64,000 bases of DNA from Geosiphon pyriformis uo1. Lineage: Eukaryota > Fungi > Glomeromycota. A program made the position numbers and the translations under genes. The stretch spans positions 1,673,892 through 1,737,891 of the forward strand of contig JAAOMT010000664.1 in the NCBI GenBank assembly GCA_016748015.1, read 5' to 3'. The notes beneath the pieces were generated by a model. The model made no database searches, had not been told where the DNA came from, and saw only the letters and a program-made list of their open reading frames with translations. Of this stretch, positions 10,430-23,059 are shown piece after piece (positions within the stretch are counted from its first letter, which is position 1; every line of letters starts with the position of its first letter).

Positions 10430-11303
10430 AAATAGCGAATTTAGAAGAACCAACTTGGTTCAACACCAAATCCCCACTGGAGACGCCAGACCTGAAAAAC
10501 AACGCGCTTACCATGTCCCACCAATGGAGCATAATTTTANNNNNNNNNNNNNNNNNNNNTAATTTACTCCGGAATCCTGTGGCAATCCGTTGTTGTCTAC
10601 TTGGATAATACAAATGTTTTCTCGTCAAAATTCACGGATCATCTCCAACATTTACAACAAGTTTTTGAGAGATTGAGACATGCTGGACTTAAACTAAATC
10701 TAGAAAAATGTTTTTTTGGGAAAAATGAGCTAGCATTTTTAGGACACGTAGTTGAAAAAGATGGAATAAAACCAGATCCATCAAAAATAGACAAAGTGAA
10801 AAATTTTCCAGTACCTCGAAACGTTTCAGAAGTTTGAATGGACTGAAGCACAACAAAAAGCTTTTGAGTACCTTAGACAAAAGCTCATTGAATCACCAAT
10901 AATAATCTATCCGAATTTCAACAAGAAATTCATTTTGGCCACAGATGCCTTTGGAACTGGACTTGGAGCCATTCTGTCACAAAAAGATGATAATGGAAGA
11001 GAACGTGTAATCGCTTATGCCAGCAGAAGTCTCAGTACGGCAGAACAAAACTACGCAGCACATGAACTTGAATGCTTAGCAGTAGTCTGGAGTTGTGTTC
11101 ACTTTGACACATATTTACGGTACCAACCCTTTGAGATTATGACAGATCATAGAGGTCTGGTCTGGTTAAATAACAAGAAAGTGCTAAAAGGAAAATACGC
11201 CAGATGGTCACAAACGTTAGCACCATACGATTATATTATCAAATACAAAGAAGGTACCAAAAATGCTAATGCCGACTGTTTGTCAAGAATAAGACACACA
11301 TAA
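10430..11303 (+). pseudogene. B reverse transcriptase (partial; N gap and deletion) and RNase H
   Basis: VVVYLDN, KCFFGKNELAFLGHVV, ATDAFGTGLGAILSQ, NYAAHELECLAVVW and NADCLSR motifs. Confidence 0.9.
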
Positions 11304-11332
11304 AAATCACCAACCCACCTGCCACAACAACA

Positions 11333-11630
11333 ATGAACAACCACCTTTACAAAAACCTACAAATAGACAAAGAAATACCAGTAAAAGAGCTAATTAAGCT
11401 CCAAAAATTAGCAAAACACTATTTCATCCAAAATCACATACTTTATTACCGGAATTGACAAAATCCAGATAATCCATTAAGAGTTATAACCACGGATGAA
11501 AAAGAAACTATCTTATTTAACATACACTCAGATATTCATTCAGGCCACTTTGGAAAAACAGCAACCATCCAACGTGCAACTAGCCATTACTATTGGCCAA
11601 AAATGAGCTCAGACATAATCCAATACATAA
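11333..11630 (+). pseudogene. B integrase N-terminal remnant
   Basis: MNNHLY..HSGHFGK..YYWPKMSSDIIQYI, then a jump to the pre-PPT motif. Confidence 0.8.
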
Positions 11631-11679
11631 GAAATTAACTTCAATTTCGATGGAGCTTAATCTTGAAAGGAGGGGATAA

Positions 11680-12545
11680 TGTTACAGTTTAAGAATTTAG
11701 CAAAAAGAATCATAAAAATAATACAAACTATTCAATCATAATATAGCACAGTAATAATCTTAGAAAGGTAATGATTAACATAGTAGCAAACACCATCTCG
11801 CGATAGTGGCAAGCACCAGTTGACAATAGCAGCCAACACCAACTGGTGATAGCAACAAGCACCAGGTTGAAATATCAAAAAGAAAGTATTTTCTCGTAGA
11901 ACTACAAACATGTATATATACAGTAGTTTTAATATTGGGAAATAATCAATCAAGTAATAAAAATCATAACTTATCAAGCAATAGATCCAATTTTATCCAA
12001 CAAACTCCACTTTAAATCATACTTTCAAATTAAATATTCCAAGAAACCTTTAAAATCAAAAAGAAATGAAAAAGAATATTTAAAACTGAACTATCACAAC
12101 CCAAAGTATTAAGAAACTTACTTGTATTATTTATTGAATGAAACTATCATTTATCAACTGAATCCCTTGGAAAAATAATCCTTGATCAAGATTATTTATG
12201 TTGTTACTAATTGATAAAAGCTTTATTGTGAGAATTAGAAAAGCGCTAAAGACCATTAACATTCTGTGTTTCTAGATTAGAGAAACACATCAGACAATTG
12301 CAAGGATAGCCTCAGAAAAGACCCCAGACAGTGGGTAGATTTCAGTTCAGCCTCTGAGAAGGAGTACATAAACACACACAACAATCAAGAATTAAAGAAT
12401 AACTTACATCACAACAGTAAAAAGAAAGCCTTCAGTGTAACAGTGACACTATTACACAAATAGAATTGAGGAAATCATGAAAGACTGATTGCAATTAAAG
12501 CGGGATATCAGCAATTAAATATAACAAGAAAACCATTCCGTAACA
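11680..12545 (+). repeat. B 3' LTR (866 bp)
   Basis: TGTTACAG...CCGTAACA, preceded by the PPT and followed by TSD ACGA. Confidence 0.95.
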
Positions 12546-12549
12546 ACGA

Positions 12550-15500
12550 CTACTGACTTCCAAAGGAGTCTTTGATACACAACATCTATTAATCTCTAAA
12601 ACATTGCTGGTGCATTGCATAATCTGAAAAGCATTACATTGAACTCGTAATTTCTGCCTTGGGTAGTGAATGCTGTTTTGGGGCAATCTTTGAGATCCAT
12701 AGCAACTTGCCAGTAACCACTTTCTAAATCTAGTGTTGAAAAGTATTTGGATTTTTCAAGGGCATCTAACATGTCATCAATTCGGGAAAGAGGGTAGGCA
12801 TCTCCAATTGTAATACTGTTAAGTTGTCAATAGTTAACACAAAATTGTATCTTTCTATTTTTCTTTTTAACTAGCACTATAGGTAAAGCCCAAGGATTCA
12901 TGGAGGGTTGGATGAGCCTATTGTTAAGCATTCATTGTACTTTTTCTCAGATGAATTGGTGGCTTTCTGGAGCAACTCAATATGCTTATTGTCTTCTTGG
13001 TTTGGCATTTCCTGTATAAATTTGGTGTTGAATCAAATTGGTTCTTCCTAAGTCATTGTTGTTTTCAGCAAAGATATTAGCAAATTCTGCAATTAGCTCT
13101 TTGAGCTGGCTCCATTGTTGTGGTTTAAGTTGTCCTATGTTGATTTGAGATAGTTTTTCCATGACAACATGGTAGTTTTTAGAGCTAGGGTTTGGGTTGA
13201 TTTTTGGTAGTGAATGTCCAATGATTTCCGAAAAATTGGGAACTGTCTGGGGTAGTTCTTGTTGAAAAATGTTACTGTAAATGACTCCAATTTCTAAGTT
13301 ATTTAATAGAACTATGGGGTAATTGTTGGGATTGTAAAAAGTAATTCGGACTTTTTTTGTTCTTTCTGGAATATAAATGTTTGGAATTGAAATATTATGT
13401 TCCAAGCAGACTTGTTCATTGGACTCAAAAATTTGTTGTGTGGTTGTTGACTTTGGACAGATGTAGATTTCCAGATGTTCTCCAAAGAGTGTGATAGTAA
13501 TTGGTTGTAGAAGTCTGAAAATCTGGTGGGATTTGTTTTGTCTGTTAAGAGCTATATTAACTAGAACTGTGAATCGTCCAGTTGAACCAAAATCTTGGGT
13601 TCCTCTATTGCTTTTTTCTAATTGTTCTCTTTGATTGACTAGTTGCAAACCTGAAATATTGATTAGGGGTAGGTAAATAGCTTGGGCAATTTTTTCAGCA
13701 TGGTCGATCTTGAATGGTTTGTCAGTTTCATTTTGAAGCATCACTGTAATGTCTCCAGTATATCCAGCATTGATTATTCTTCCTCTGACATTGATTCCTT
13801 TGCTTGCCAGAGAGAACCAGAAAGCAATTTGAACTATTGCTCTTGGCAGGATTTCGAGTGCAATTTTGAAGTTGATTTTTGTGAGAGATTTGGGTTTAAG
13901 AACAAGAGTATTCTTGTCTGGATATCTTAGGTTATATTCAGCATCAATTTCATGTGCTTTTTCGGGTTTTATTCTTTGTCCATTGTTGTTAAAGTATTTG
14001 AGTTGTAAGGCAGGCTGACTTTTGATAAGATAGATGGGTGTTGTTTCAATTTCTTCTGTTGCTTCAGGTTCTCCAAATTCAATTTCGTTTTCATTGTTTT
14101 CACTGAGCAGGAGAATGCTAAGAGCATAGCATTTAGGACACCATTGCTCATTGCAGGGCATTATGCATTCTTCACACAATTTAACATTCATTTGCTCTAG
14201 CCGTTGAGCTTAAACTTCTTTGGTCGGGTAAGTGTGACTGTCAATTTGGTGATATACTTCTACTTCATCTTCGTAGTTGTATCTAGCGATTTCAAAGATG
14301 TATACAATGTATTCTGATTCTTTCATTTGACGAACATTTTCTTGAGTGGCTCCATTAATTAAAGCCATTGCTAGGTCAAAAATCATTTTGGCATCATGAG
14401 GGTAATGGTACAGTTTGTTGAAAGCACTATTGTATGCTGCATCAAAGGGTGTTTCTCCTTTGACTTTTTCTGAAATTGATAAAGCATATTGGCAAGTTTG
14501 ATCACAGACTCCTCTTCTTATTGCTACATCAATCCAATTGCATTCTTCTGGTAACATATCTCCACAAGTCAAACAAAGAATGTTGTCCCATTTTCCACTT
14601 TTTTTTATTAGATAGCCCCATCATTTTCTGTGGCAAGTCTTACAGTAGTAACAAGTATGATTTTCATATTCTTCTTCAGATAAAATGCAAGCTCCCATTG
14701 ACAATAGTTTCTTGTGACAGTCCTTACATTTAAGGGGAATATAGGGGCATTGTTTCTTTGGTTCAGGCTTTGAATAAGGGATATTCCATCTAGGGTTTCA
14801 GAATCAGAGTGTGAGGTAAATATTTTTGTTCAGTTTCATCGGCCCAATTGGACATTGATCCAAGAGCCATAAATGTTTCGATTATTGGTTTTTCTTCTTT
14901 TGGTTCGAATTCAAAAACTGGAGCTTTTTTAAAGCATTTGTTGAATGTACCACAAGTAACAGGTACTCGGGCATGTTGTCCTTAGTAAGAGATTTGTAGT
15001 TCTTGGGTTTTCCAGTCTAATTTTGCATTGGTTTTTTGGAACTAATTGTTTCCGACAAGAGTTTGATATTGGGAAGCATCTATTACAAAAACTTTGACTG
15101 GAATGGTGATTCTATCAAGAGTGAATAGAAAATTGTTAATTTCTCCTACTGGAGTCTTTTTTATGCCATCAGCAGTGACAATTACTGTTTGAGCTGGTTG
15201 GTTAACATTTTTTTTTAACTGTTACATTAACTGGTAGGTAATGATGCTTCCGGCGGATCCACTGTCTAGGATCAAGCGAATTGGCTTTCCTTCTGCTTCA
15301 GCTTCTGTGTACATTGCAGTGATGGCTTTTTGATTGTTAGCCACTGCATTGCTAAGCAAGAATGGTGATTCATTTGCTTCAAATTCGAAAAAGAATATAT
15401 CAGAGAGATTGGCATTTTCAGCAATTCTGGCTGGTAGAATAGTGGTGTGGTTATGAGAAGAATTTTGTTGTTGTGCTGTAGTTCTACCTTCTGAGGATGC

Positions 15501-17346
15501 AATATGGTGAAAATCTTGTTCTTCTGGTACTGTTAAATAACTGAGTTGAGTGTAATAGTGGTTGGGTCTTGGTTGAGTAGAATTTTAGGGAACCAATTGG
15601 TTGTTCGAACTGATTCTATTGTTGTTTACTTGATATCAGTTTTGTGGTGTGAATTGATTTTGTGTAATCAGTCTTCGAGCAGATACTTGATAATGTTGTG
15701 TGGGTGGTTGTTGGTATTGCTGTTGGATTGGCTGTGGGATGGACTGATAATAGTTACTTTGGTATTGGGGTTTTGATGGATAATAAGCTGGTGGTGGTTG
15801 ATAATAAAATTGCTGTGGTGGAGGGTAAAATTGATTACTCCTATTTTGTTGGTCTCACTGTAGCTTTCTGCAATCTTTTTCCAGTGGTCAGAGATTCCAC
15901 AGTAATGACAATTTTGAGACTGGTTATTAGAAAGTGGTGCAAAGTTATTTTGATTTTGTCTTTGGGGTGGTTGATATTTTTGGGGTTGCTATTGTTGTTG
16001 ATTGGTGAAATAGTTTTCAATCTTCTTCATGAGTTGGTCAATTTTTTTCTCAGCTGCTGAGCTGGTTTCTTCAATTGCCAAATTTACAAGTTTTGTGTGA
16101 TTGGTCTCTTCCATGGCCATTTCATATCTTTTCATATGCTGTATGGCAGAGTTTAAATCTTCTGGGGCATGTGGGTGAACTTTTTTAATTAGTTTATCTT
16201 TTAGACCAGCAATGAATTGATCCAAAATTTGAGCATCAGAATAATAATCATTTGTTTTGAGTTGGCGAATTCGTCTGAGAAGTTTGTTGAATTTCCCAAT
16301 ATAAGTCATAACAGATTTGGAAGATTTTTGTTTGATATTGCGAAACCAATTTCGAAGAATGATGGAAGTATTATTGTCAGTAAATTGTTCAAGGAAGACT
16401 GCTTTGAAAGCATCCTAATCATTGAATGGAGTGGCCAAGTTTTCAAACTATTCTCCTGCTGTTCCTTTGAGAAAGTAGGGAATTGTTCTTAACATTCTGG
16501 CAGCATTCTATCCATTTGCATCTCCAGCTTTAGTAACTTGGTCGAGCCATTCTTGGGAACTGGTCTCAATGTCTTTTCCATTAAATTCAGGGATTTTTGC
16601 GATGTATGCTGTCATTTTGTCTTCTTTGTTTTCACTGTCTATTGATTCTTCTTCAGTTATTTCAGAGTCATTTTCTTCGTTTGCTGCTGTCTCAGAATGT
16701 TCACTTTGATTTTCAGCTAGAAAATCAAAAAGATTGGAACTAGTTTAAAGAGGTTTTTGCTGTCTGGTGGGACTTCTGAGTGATGTAAAATTTTCTGGTC
16801 TTGCAAATCAATTCAAGGGTGAATTAAGTATTTGTGCTTGTGCAAGTGAAACTGGAAAAGGTGTAATGATGAGTGGGAGTTTTGAACTGGTTCTTTGTTC
16901 AGGTGTTTGTAAGTGTTTGGCAGTTGTTTTTGGTAGTATTGGAGTATTTAGGGTGGTTTTTGAGTATTGCTTCAATTTGTGTTTGTCTTTGTTGCTTGTT
17001 TCTGTTTCTGATTCAAAATCAATAGAGTATTTAGACTGTACTGGGTATTTTTTTCACAATACTCAATAATGTTAAAATTAAGTTCTTAGAAGTAGGTAGC
17101 AAGTGTTTTACTGTTCAGGTTTTCTGTTCCCAATTGTGAATAGTGCACTAAATTATTGTAGAAGTTGCTTCTAACTTCTGAAATATTGTAGTTTCCAAAA
17201 AAATAATTGTTAAGGCGGTTTTTAATGTATTGGTATACTGATTTCTTGACAACTTCAATTCCGTCTGGGATGTTGAATCTTTGCTTGCAGTGAGTGTAAA
17301 TTGACTGGTAATACTCTAGAGTTGCTGTGTCTGGTGTGGTTGCCAC
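12550..17346 (-). pseudogene. A1 gag-PR-Cys-rich-dUTPase-RT(N-terminal) polyprotein, disrupted
   Basis: Capsid (IPYFLKGTAGE), LILDSGS at ~15255-15275, dUTPase in the 12986..14191 ORF (INAGYTG, KIAQAIY, RGTQDFGSTG) and RT motif YFSTLDL..GYWQ. Confidence 0.92.
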
Positions 17347-17373
17347 TTTGAATTTGTTGTTGTTGTGTTATTT

Positions 17374-17391
17374 CTGTGAAAGAGCACCAAA
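17374..17391 (-). promoter_or_regulatory. A1 primer-binding site
   Basis: Minus strand TT-TGGTGCTCT after the 5' LTR; the same motif occurs in A2 and A3 (TGGTGCTCTCCCATG). Confidence 0.8.
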
Positions 17392-18378
17392 TGTTACCAG
17401 AGGTTTTTGGTCTCTTTTCTCGAAGATTGTAACTGTCTGTTGGTTGCAAATTTATGTTTTCTAGGAGTAATTGAACCTCCAATAACTGAATTTATCTTCA
17501 AATTATCTCCTATAATTTGAACTGTTGGGCTTATAAGTAGAATGGCCAATTCCATGCTAGTTGCTTTGTGTAGTTACATTGTAGTAAACATCAACTCTTT
17601 CCTAAGAATTGCTTGTCTGGAAGCTCACTAAAAATGTGTAGTTACTTTGCTGTGAAAGTCAACTCTTCTACAGGAATCTTGTCTGTAGGCTACCCTAATG
17701 ATTATAATAAAAATAAAAAAAATAAAAAAAATAAAAAAAATGTAAAAAAAATAGAATTCTGTTAAGGGAAACGTTTTCTATCCAGGCCTGGAGTCATTAA
17801 CAGTTTACTGAAATTGGTAGCTAATCAATTTCGAAATGTTAGTTGGGTTTTGGGGCTTTTCCAAGTGCAATAATTTAAAGAATTTGGTTTTTCAAATTAT
17901 TTGATATTTATTTCTTTTTGTGTGTGTAGGAATAGTTCTAAGTGATAAATCTAAAGTAAGATACATTTTCTCAAAGAGAGAAGCTCTTTTTTTATACAAC
18001 TTGTCATAACACTATTCTATGAACTCGAACTTTGCTATTTTTCTACAATTTTGCTGAACTAAAGATACATTTTGGCAAACTACAAGTTATTTCTGCAAAC
18101 TATTAGATATTTCGGTGAACTATCAATTATTTTGGTGAATTTCTACAAATTTCAGTGAACTTTTTGAATGTTACATAGTTCGAAGTATTGCATGATTGAT
18201 CATTGCAATTAGATTACATTTGTGTTATATACAAATTGGGTTATTAATTAAATGATAATTTTGGACATTTTGCTAATGTAATAAGTAATAATTTGAAACA
18301 ATAATATATGTTAATTAATGATAAAAATTATAAAGATAATTTCATGCTAAATAATATCTCTAATTTTATCTGGTAACA
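17392..18378 (-). repeat. A1 5' LTR
   Basis: TGTTACCAGA...TCTGGTAACA. Confidence 0.95.
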
Positions 18379-18383
18379 ACCTG

Positions 18384-19426
18384 CTTTGAAAATGAAGTTT
18401 ATAGGAATTATAAAAAAGATTATGAAAATCAAACATAACTGAAATAAATTTTGTGCAAACTTTTTATTGTTGAGACCACTCTTTAATAATGTGATACTTT
18501 ATTACTTATTTTTATATTTAACAACTTGTTCAATAAAACAAGACTTAATGTAAAATGGTAATAATACATGATTTGAAAGATCAGAAATAATAGAATGATT
18601 TGAAATGGTGATAACAAGTAAATAAAAAATTATAAACCATGGAATTCCAAATGGTGATAAAAAATATGGAAAGGCATACTTGAGATTGTGATAACAAGTA
18701 TTTAGAGCATAGAAAAAAAAAAGAATAAAAGGTAGAGGAAAAGACTAACTGCTCACTCTAAAACTATAGCAAAAAGTTGGCTTAGTATTGAACTGATGCT
18801 TTCCTGAGCTAACAGAGAGACTGTATATATAGCTAAATTATATCAGATTTATATACTATACTATTTAAAATACATCAATTATTTATATATTTTAATTTAA
18901 TCAATTCATAATAAACTTATTCAACATGTTATTTTTCTCAGAGCTAGTGATTTTTAGATAATCAGATTTAGATGACTGAATCTAAAACATTAATTGTAAA
19001 TTAATAATACCAATTGTGATTATGATTAATCTAATCAGAAGTAGATTAATTGATTACATTTTTTGGTAACTACTTTTAATTATTAATCATAGATCTGGAA
19101 TGTTAAATTGTTCTAATAAGGATGTATAAGAATTTTGGAGCATAACAAAGTCTGTTGTTATCTGATTATATGCATTAATTATTCATTTCCATTGGTGTTT
19201 CTTAGTTTGCCAAAATTTCTTTGTATCCAACTTAATAAAACTGTTGGATTGTGCCATATTTCTTTGTTGTAATTAAATTGATTGTTGATCATTTATTTTC
19301 AGATTGTTGGCTGATTTTGTTGATTAAATGTGATAATATAAGTCTTTTTTGCATGATATTAATGTTAATTTCCATTGTATGTGTTGTAATTTTTGCATTA
19401 AAAAGTGTAAAAATCTTCTAGTAACA
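18384..19426 (-). repeat. Element C 3' LTR, right part
   Basis: Aligns to ~19927-20980 and ends in GTAACA. Confidence 0.85.
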
Positions 19427-19567
19427 TTTTCTTCATCTTTGAAAAATAAGCTTTTGTGAATTGTTAAATTTTTTTTCCTTTCTAGGGAAAATCAAAGTCT
19501 TCTAAGATATTTAAAAGTTATTAAAATGTTCATAGTTGTCTCCATACTGACAATAAGAGGCATCATA

Positions 19568-20980
19568 TATTACTAGTGGTTTTTGTTAATATTAGAAAAC
19601 ATTTCTTAGCTCAACTGATAATACACATTACTATGATTATGCTATTGACTATAGCATATTATAGGTGTATAAACTATTTTAGTAGGTGGAAGAACAAAAA
19701 GGAGTACATAATAAGGTCATTAAAAGTAACAGAAAGTATTGTCATTATTATTTGTTTTTAGACAAAAACCAGTCTTAGGTATTTGAAAAGAGAAAGAGAA
19801 GTCACATCTCTTTATATGTATCAGAAGTGCACAACCAACAACAGAAATGAAACCAACTACTCAAAGAAATACATAACCAGAATTTTTTCAATTAGTCATC
19901 AAAAGGGTATGATGTTTAAATGCCTACTTTAAAAATGAAGTTTATAGGAATTATAAAAAAAATTATGAAAATTAAACATAACTGAAATAGATTTTGTATA
20001 AACTTTTTATTGTTGAGACTACTCTCTAATAACATGATACTTTATTACTTATTTTTATATTTAACAACTTGTTTGGTAAAACAAGACTTAATGTAAAATA
20101 ATAATAACACATGATTTAAAAGATCAGAAGTAATAGAATGATTTGAAATAGTAATAACAAATAAGTAAAAAATTATAAATCACAGGATTCCAAATGGTAA
20201 TAAAGAATATGGAAAGGCATACTTAAGATTGTGATGACAAGTATTTAGAGCATAAAAAAAAGGAAAAAAAGAGTAAGAAGTAAAGGAAAAAACTAACTGC
20301 TTACTATAAAACTATAGCAAAGAATTGGCTTAGTATTGAACTAATGCTTTCCTAAGCTAACAGAAAGACTGTATATATAGCTAAATTACATCAAATTTAT
20401 ATACTATATTAAGACTATTTAAGATACATTAATTATTTATATATTTTAATTTAATTAATTCATAATAAACTTATTTGACATGTTATTTTTCTCAAAACTA
20501 GTGATTTTTAGATAATCAAATTTAGATGGCTGGATCTAGAACATTAATTGTAAATTAATAATACTAATTGTGATTATGATCAACATAATGAGAAGTAGAT
20601 TAATTGATTACATTTCTTAATAACTACTTTTAACCATTAATCATAGATCTGGAATGTTAAATTGTTCCAATAAGAGCATATAAGAATTTTGGAGCATAAC
20701 AAAGCCTGTTATTATCTGATTACATGTATCAATCATTTATTTCTATTGGTGTTTCTTAGTTTGCCAAAATTTTTTTGTATTTAACTTAATAAAACTGTTG
20801 AATTGTGCCATATTTCTTTGTTGTAATTAGATTAATTGCTGATTATTTATTTTCAGATTGTTGGCTGATTTTGTTGATTAAATGTGATAATATAAGTCTT
20901 TTTTGCATGATTTTGATGTTAATTTCCATTGTATGTGTTGTAATTTTTGCATTGAAAAGTGTGAAAATTTTTCAGTAACA
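19568..20980 (-). repeat. Element C 5' LTR (~1.41 kb)
   Basis: Uninterrupted copy that shows the empty A1 insertion site near 19922. Confidence 0.85.
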
Positions 20981-22146
20981 ACAGTTAGCATTTAAGAATA
21001 CTAGCAATTTGCAAACACTTCAAATCCAACACATCAACACCATTAATAAAATTAGAAGAAGAAGAAAAAAAACCTACTTGGGAAGCCTACCAAGTCTCAT
21101 AGACTGACACTAATCACAATAATCTACCACCAGTATCTATCTGAGAAGAAAAAAGAAAAGAGAAAAAAAGAAAAAAAGAAAAATCCCAAGCAACCACCTC
21201 TACCTATACACCTTATACCACTATTACTCAACACCAACCAAACTATTGTCAACCCAAGTTAATTTGCATTAATTGTGGCAAAAAATTGTTAACAATAGAT
21301 GTATACTGTGGCAACAATGAAGAATAGCCAACAGCCACCAAATACTACTGCTGCTCATGCATCCTTGAATATTTTGAACGACCAAAAAGACAAAAAAAAT
21401 GAGACAATAAATCATGCCTTGCTTGTGAGGAAACTCTTTAAGATAAAAGAATGTGAAACAACATTCTTAGTCATAAAAGAACATGTAATAAATTATGTTA
21501 ATACACAATTTTGATTAGCAATTGGGTGAGAAAAAAAATGCTTATAAACACTGTCTAGAGAAGAGCTGTAAAATGTCTAAACAATTGTCTACATAATAAC
21601 AACAAAATATAAAGAATGGTTTTTTCCAAAATCAAAAGCACATCAATCAAAGAAATAAGAAAAATTAAAAATAATCTGCCAGAACTCATAAAACTCAATT
21701 GGATCTCAAACTCCAATATTGTCTTTGACATTATGAATTCAGAACAATTCTATGAACATTATCAAAACTTGGCACCCATAAGAAAAGAGCAAGAGCAATA
21801 TTTAGAATAACTAAACACCTGACTATGTGATTATTGTTTGATTTTATGTGATTTCCAATATTGTAATAAGTGTAATCTTATTTACAATTTACTATTATGC
21901 ATAATCTACACAATTCCAGAAGGAGAAGAACCAATTAGCAACTGTGTATTGGAATCAGAATTGAAATTCAATTCTAATTCAAACTCTAATAATAATGATA
22001 AAAACAACAATTCCAGCTTAGTCTAAAATGGCAACACTGACAACAATGATTCAAACTCTGATTCAAATCCAAAATAATACATCACACTCTCTAATCTGTC
22101 AAAGAAACAAGAACTCAAATAGTTTAGCAATAATAATAAAGGTATT

Positions 22147-22560
22147 ATGCCAGAATGCATGCATGATACCAATGTAGAATTTAATCTGAAATATCCAAAA
22201 AAAAATGCTATTAAATTAAAATCACATTTGCATATTTACATTAATCTGAAAGTAGTGCTGAAAATTCTAGCAACAACCATAGTGCAATTAGCATTTAGAT
22301 TTAGTTTAGTAAAAAAGGGAATCAACATCAAAGAAAGAATAATTGATGCAGAATATGTAGAAAATATTATTGCAATGCTACAAAACGACTCAGAAAAGGC
22401 TTATATTATTAAGCCAAATGAAAAAATAGCACAGGCAATATTCCTGTCTTTGATTAAAATAGCTCAGTTAGTATTAGTAGGAAAAAAGAAAGAATTAGAA
22501 ATGACAGTAAGAAGAATAAATGGATTTGAATTTATGGATAGAATAGATATACCAGTTAAT
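22147..22560 (+). pseudogene. dut: D dUTPase domain
   Basis: Decayed motifs VEFNL, FRFSL, IIDAEY and KIAQAIF. Confidence 0.85.
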
Positions 22561-23059
22561 ATGACAGAAGAAGAAGTTATTGACAAGGGAGAAATTATTT
22601 TTACTTATCAATCAATTTCTATTCTACTATATGACTAGTATTTAATAATTATAGAAAAGAAAATAAAAGATCAGTTCCAGATTTTTGAACCAAAAACTAC
22701 TATTTGTGAATCAGAAAAGATTGTTATCACCAATCTCTACATACTGGCTAAAAATAATAAACACATTAAGATTTTTATCCACAATATAACTGAAAACACT
22801 ATAGAAATACCAAATGGAACCACCATTGAATATTTAAACACTGAAGTTGAAAACCAACCACCAAGCACCATTCTGAATTTTTCACAACTTTGTGAATATG
22901 TAGACATCATATCACAAACAATATATGAACAAAAAGAATGTTATTTGCTCCAACCAGAGCAATTAGAACAAATAAACTTGGGAAACTTAGACCCACTCCA
23001 ACAAATACAAATCAAAATATTACTTAACAATTTCACTAACAGCTTTGCCAGTGAAAATA

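Larger units (their letters stand above)
4624..12545 (+). mobile_element. B: Ty3/gypsy LTR retrotransposon with dUTPase; integrase core and ORF3 deleted; inserted in A1 RT
   Basis: LTRs 4624-6208 (gap-inflated) and 11680-12545, TSD ACGA, PBS TTTGGTGAACCC, PPT GAAAGGAGGGGATAA. Confidence 0.95.
594..18378 (-). mobile_element. A1: Ty3/gypsy LTR retrotransposon (family A), degenerate, carrying nested element B
   Basis: LTRs 594-1540 and 17392-18378, TSD ATCTG/ACCTG, PBS and PPT present. Domain order is gag-PR-dUTPase-RT-RH-IN. Confidence 0.95.
235..20980 (-). mobile_element. Element C: non-autonomous LTR element with two ~1.4-kb LTRs and a 141-bp interior, interrupted by A1
   Basis: 235-593 plus 18384-19426 is colinear with 19568-20980. 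Termini are T(G>A)TTAC..GTAACA and the TSD is ACAG (231-234, 20981-20984). A PBS-like TGATGCCTC and a PPT-like AAAGATGAAGAAAA flank the interior on the minus strand. Confidence 0.85.

Noticed and set aside
9486-10562. Host or bacterial dut gene
   Set aside because: It is in frame with the retroelement protease and RT and is repeated in each element copy, so it is a Pol domain.
15546-16060. Hydrophobic membrane-protein-like ORFs (also 34528..34776 and 48229..48546), a possible env
   Set aside because: They are antisense shadows of the CAA/CCA-rich Gln/Pro/Asn gag tail.
18050-18165. Repeat-spacer pattern resembling a mini CRISPR array
   Set aside because: The repeat is ~11 bp and the spacers ~9 bp, it lies inside an LTR, there are no cas genes, and the context is eukaryotic.
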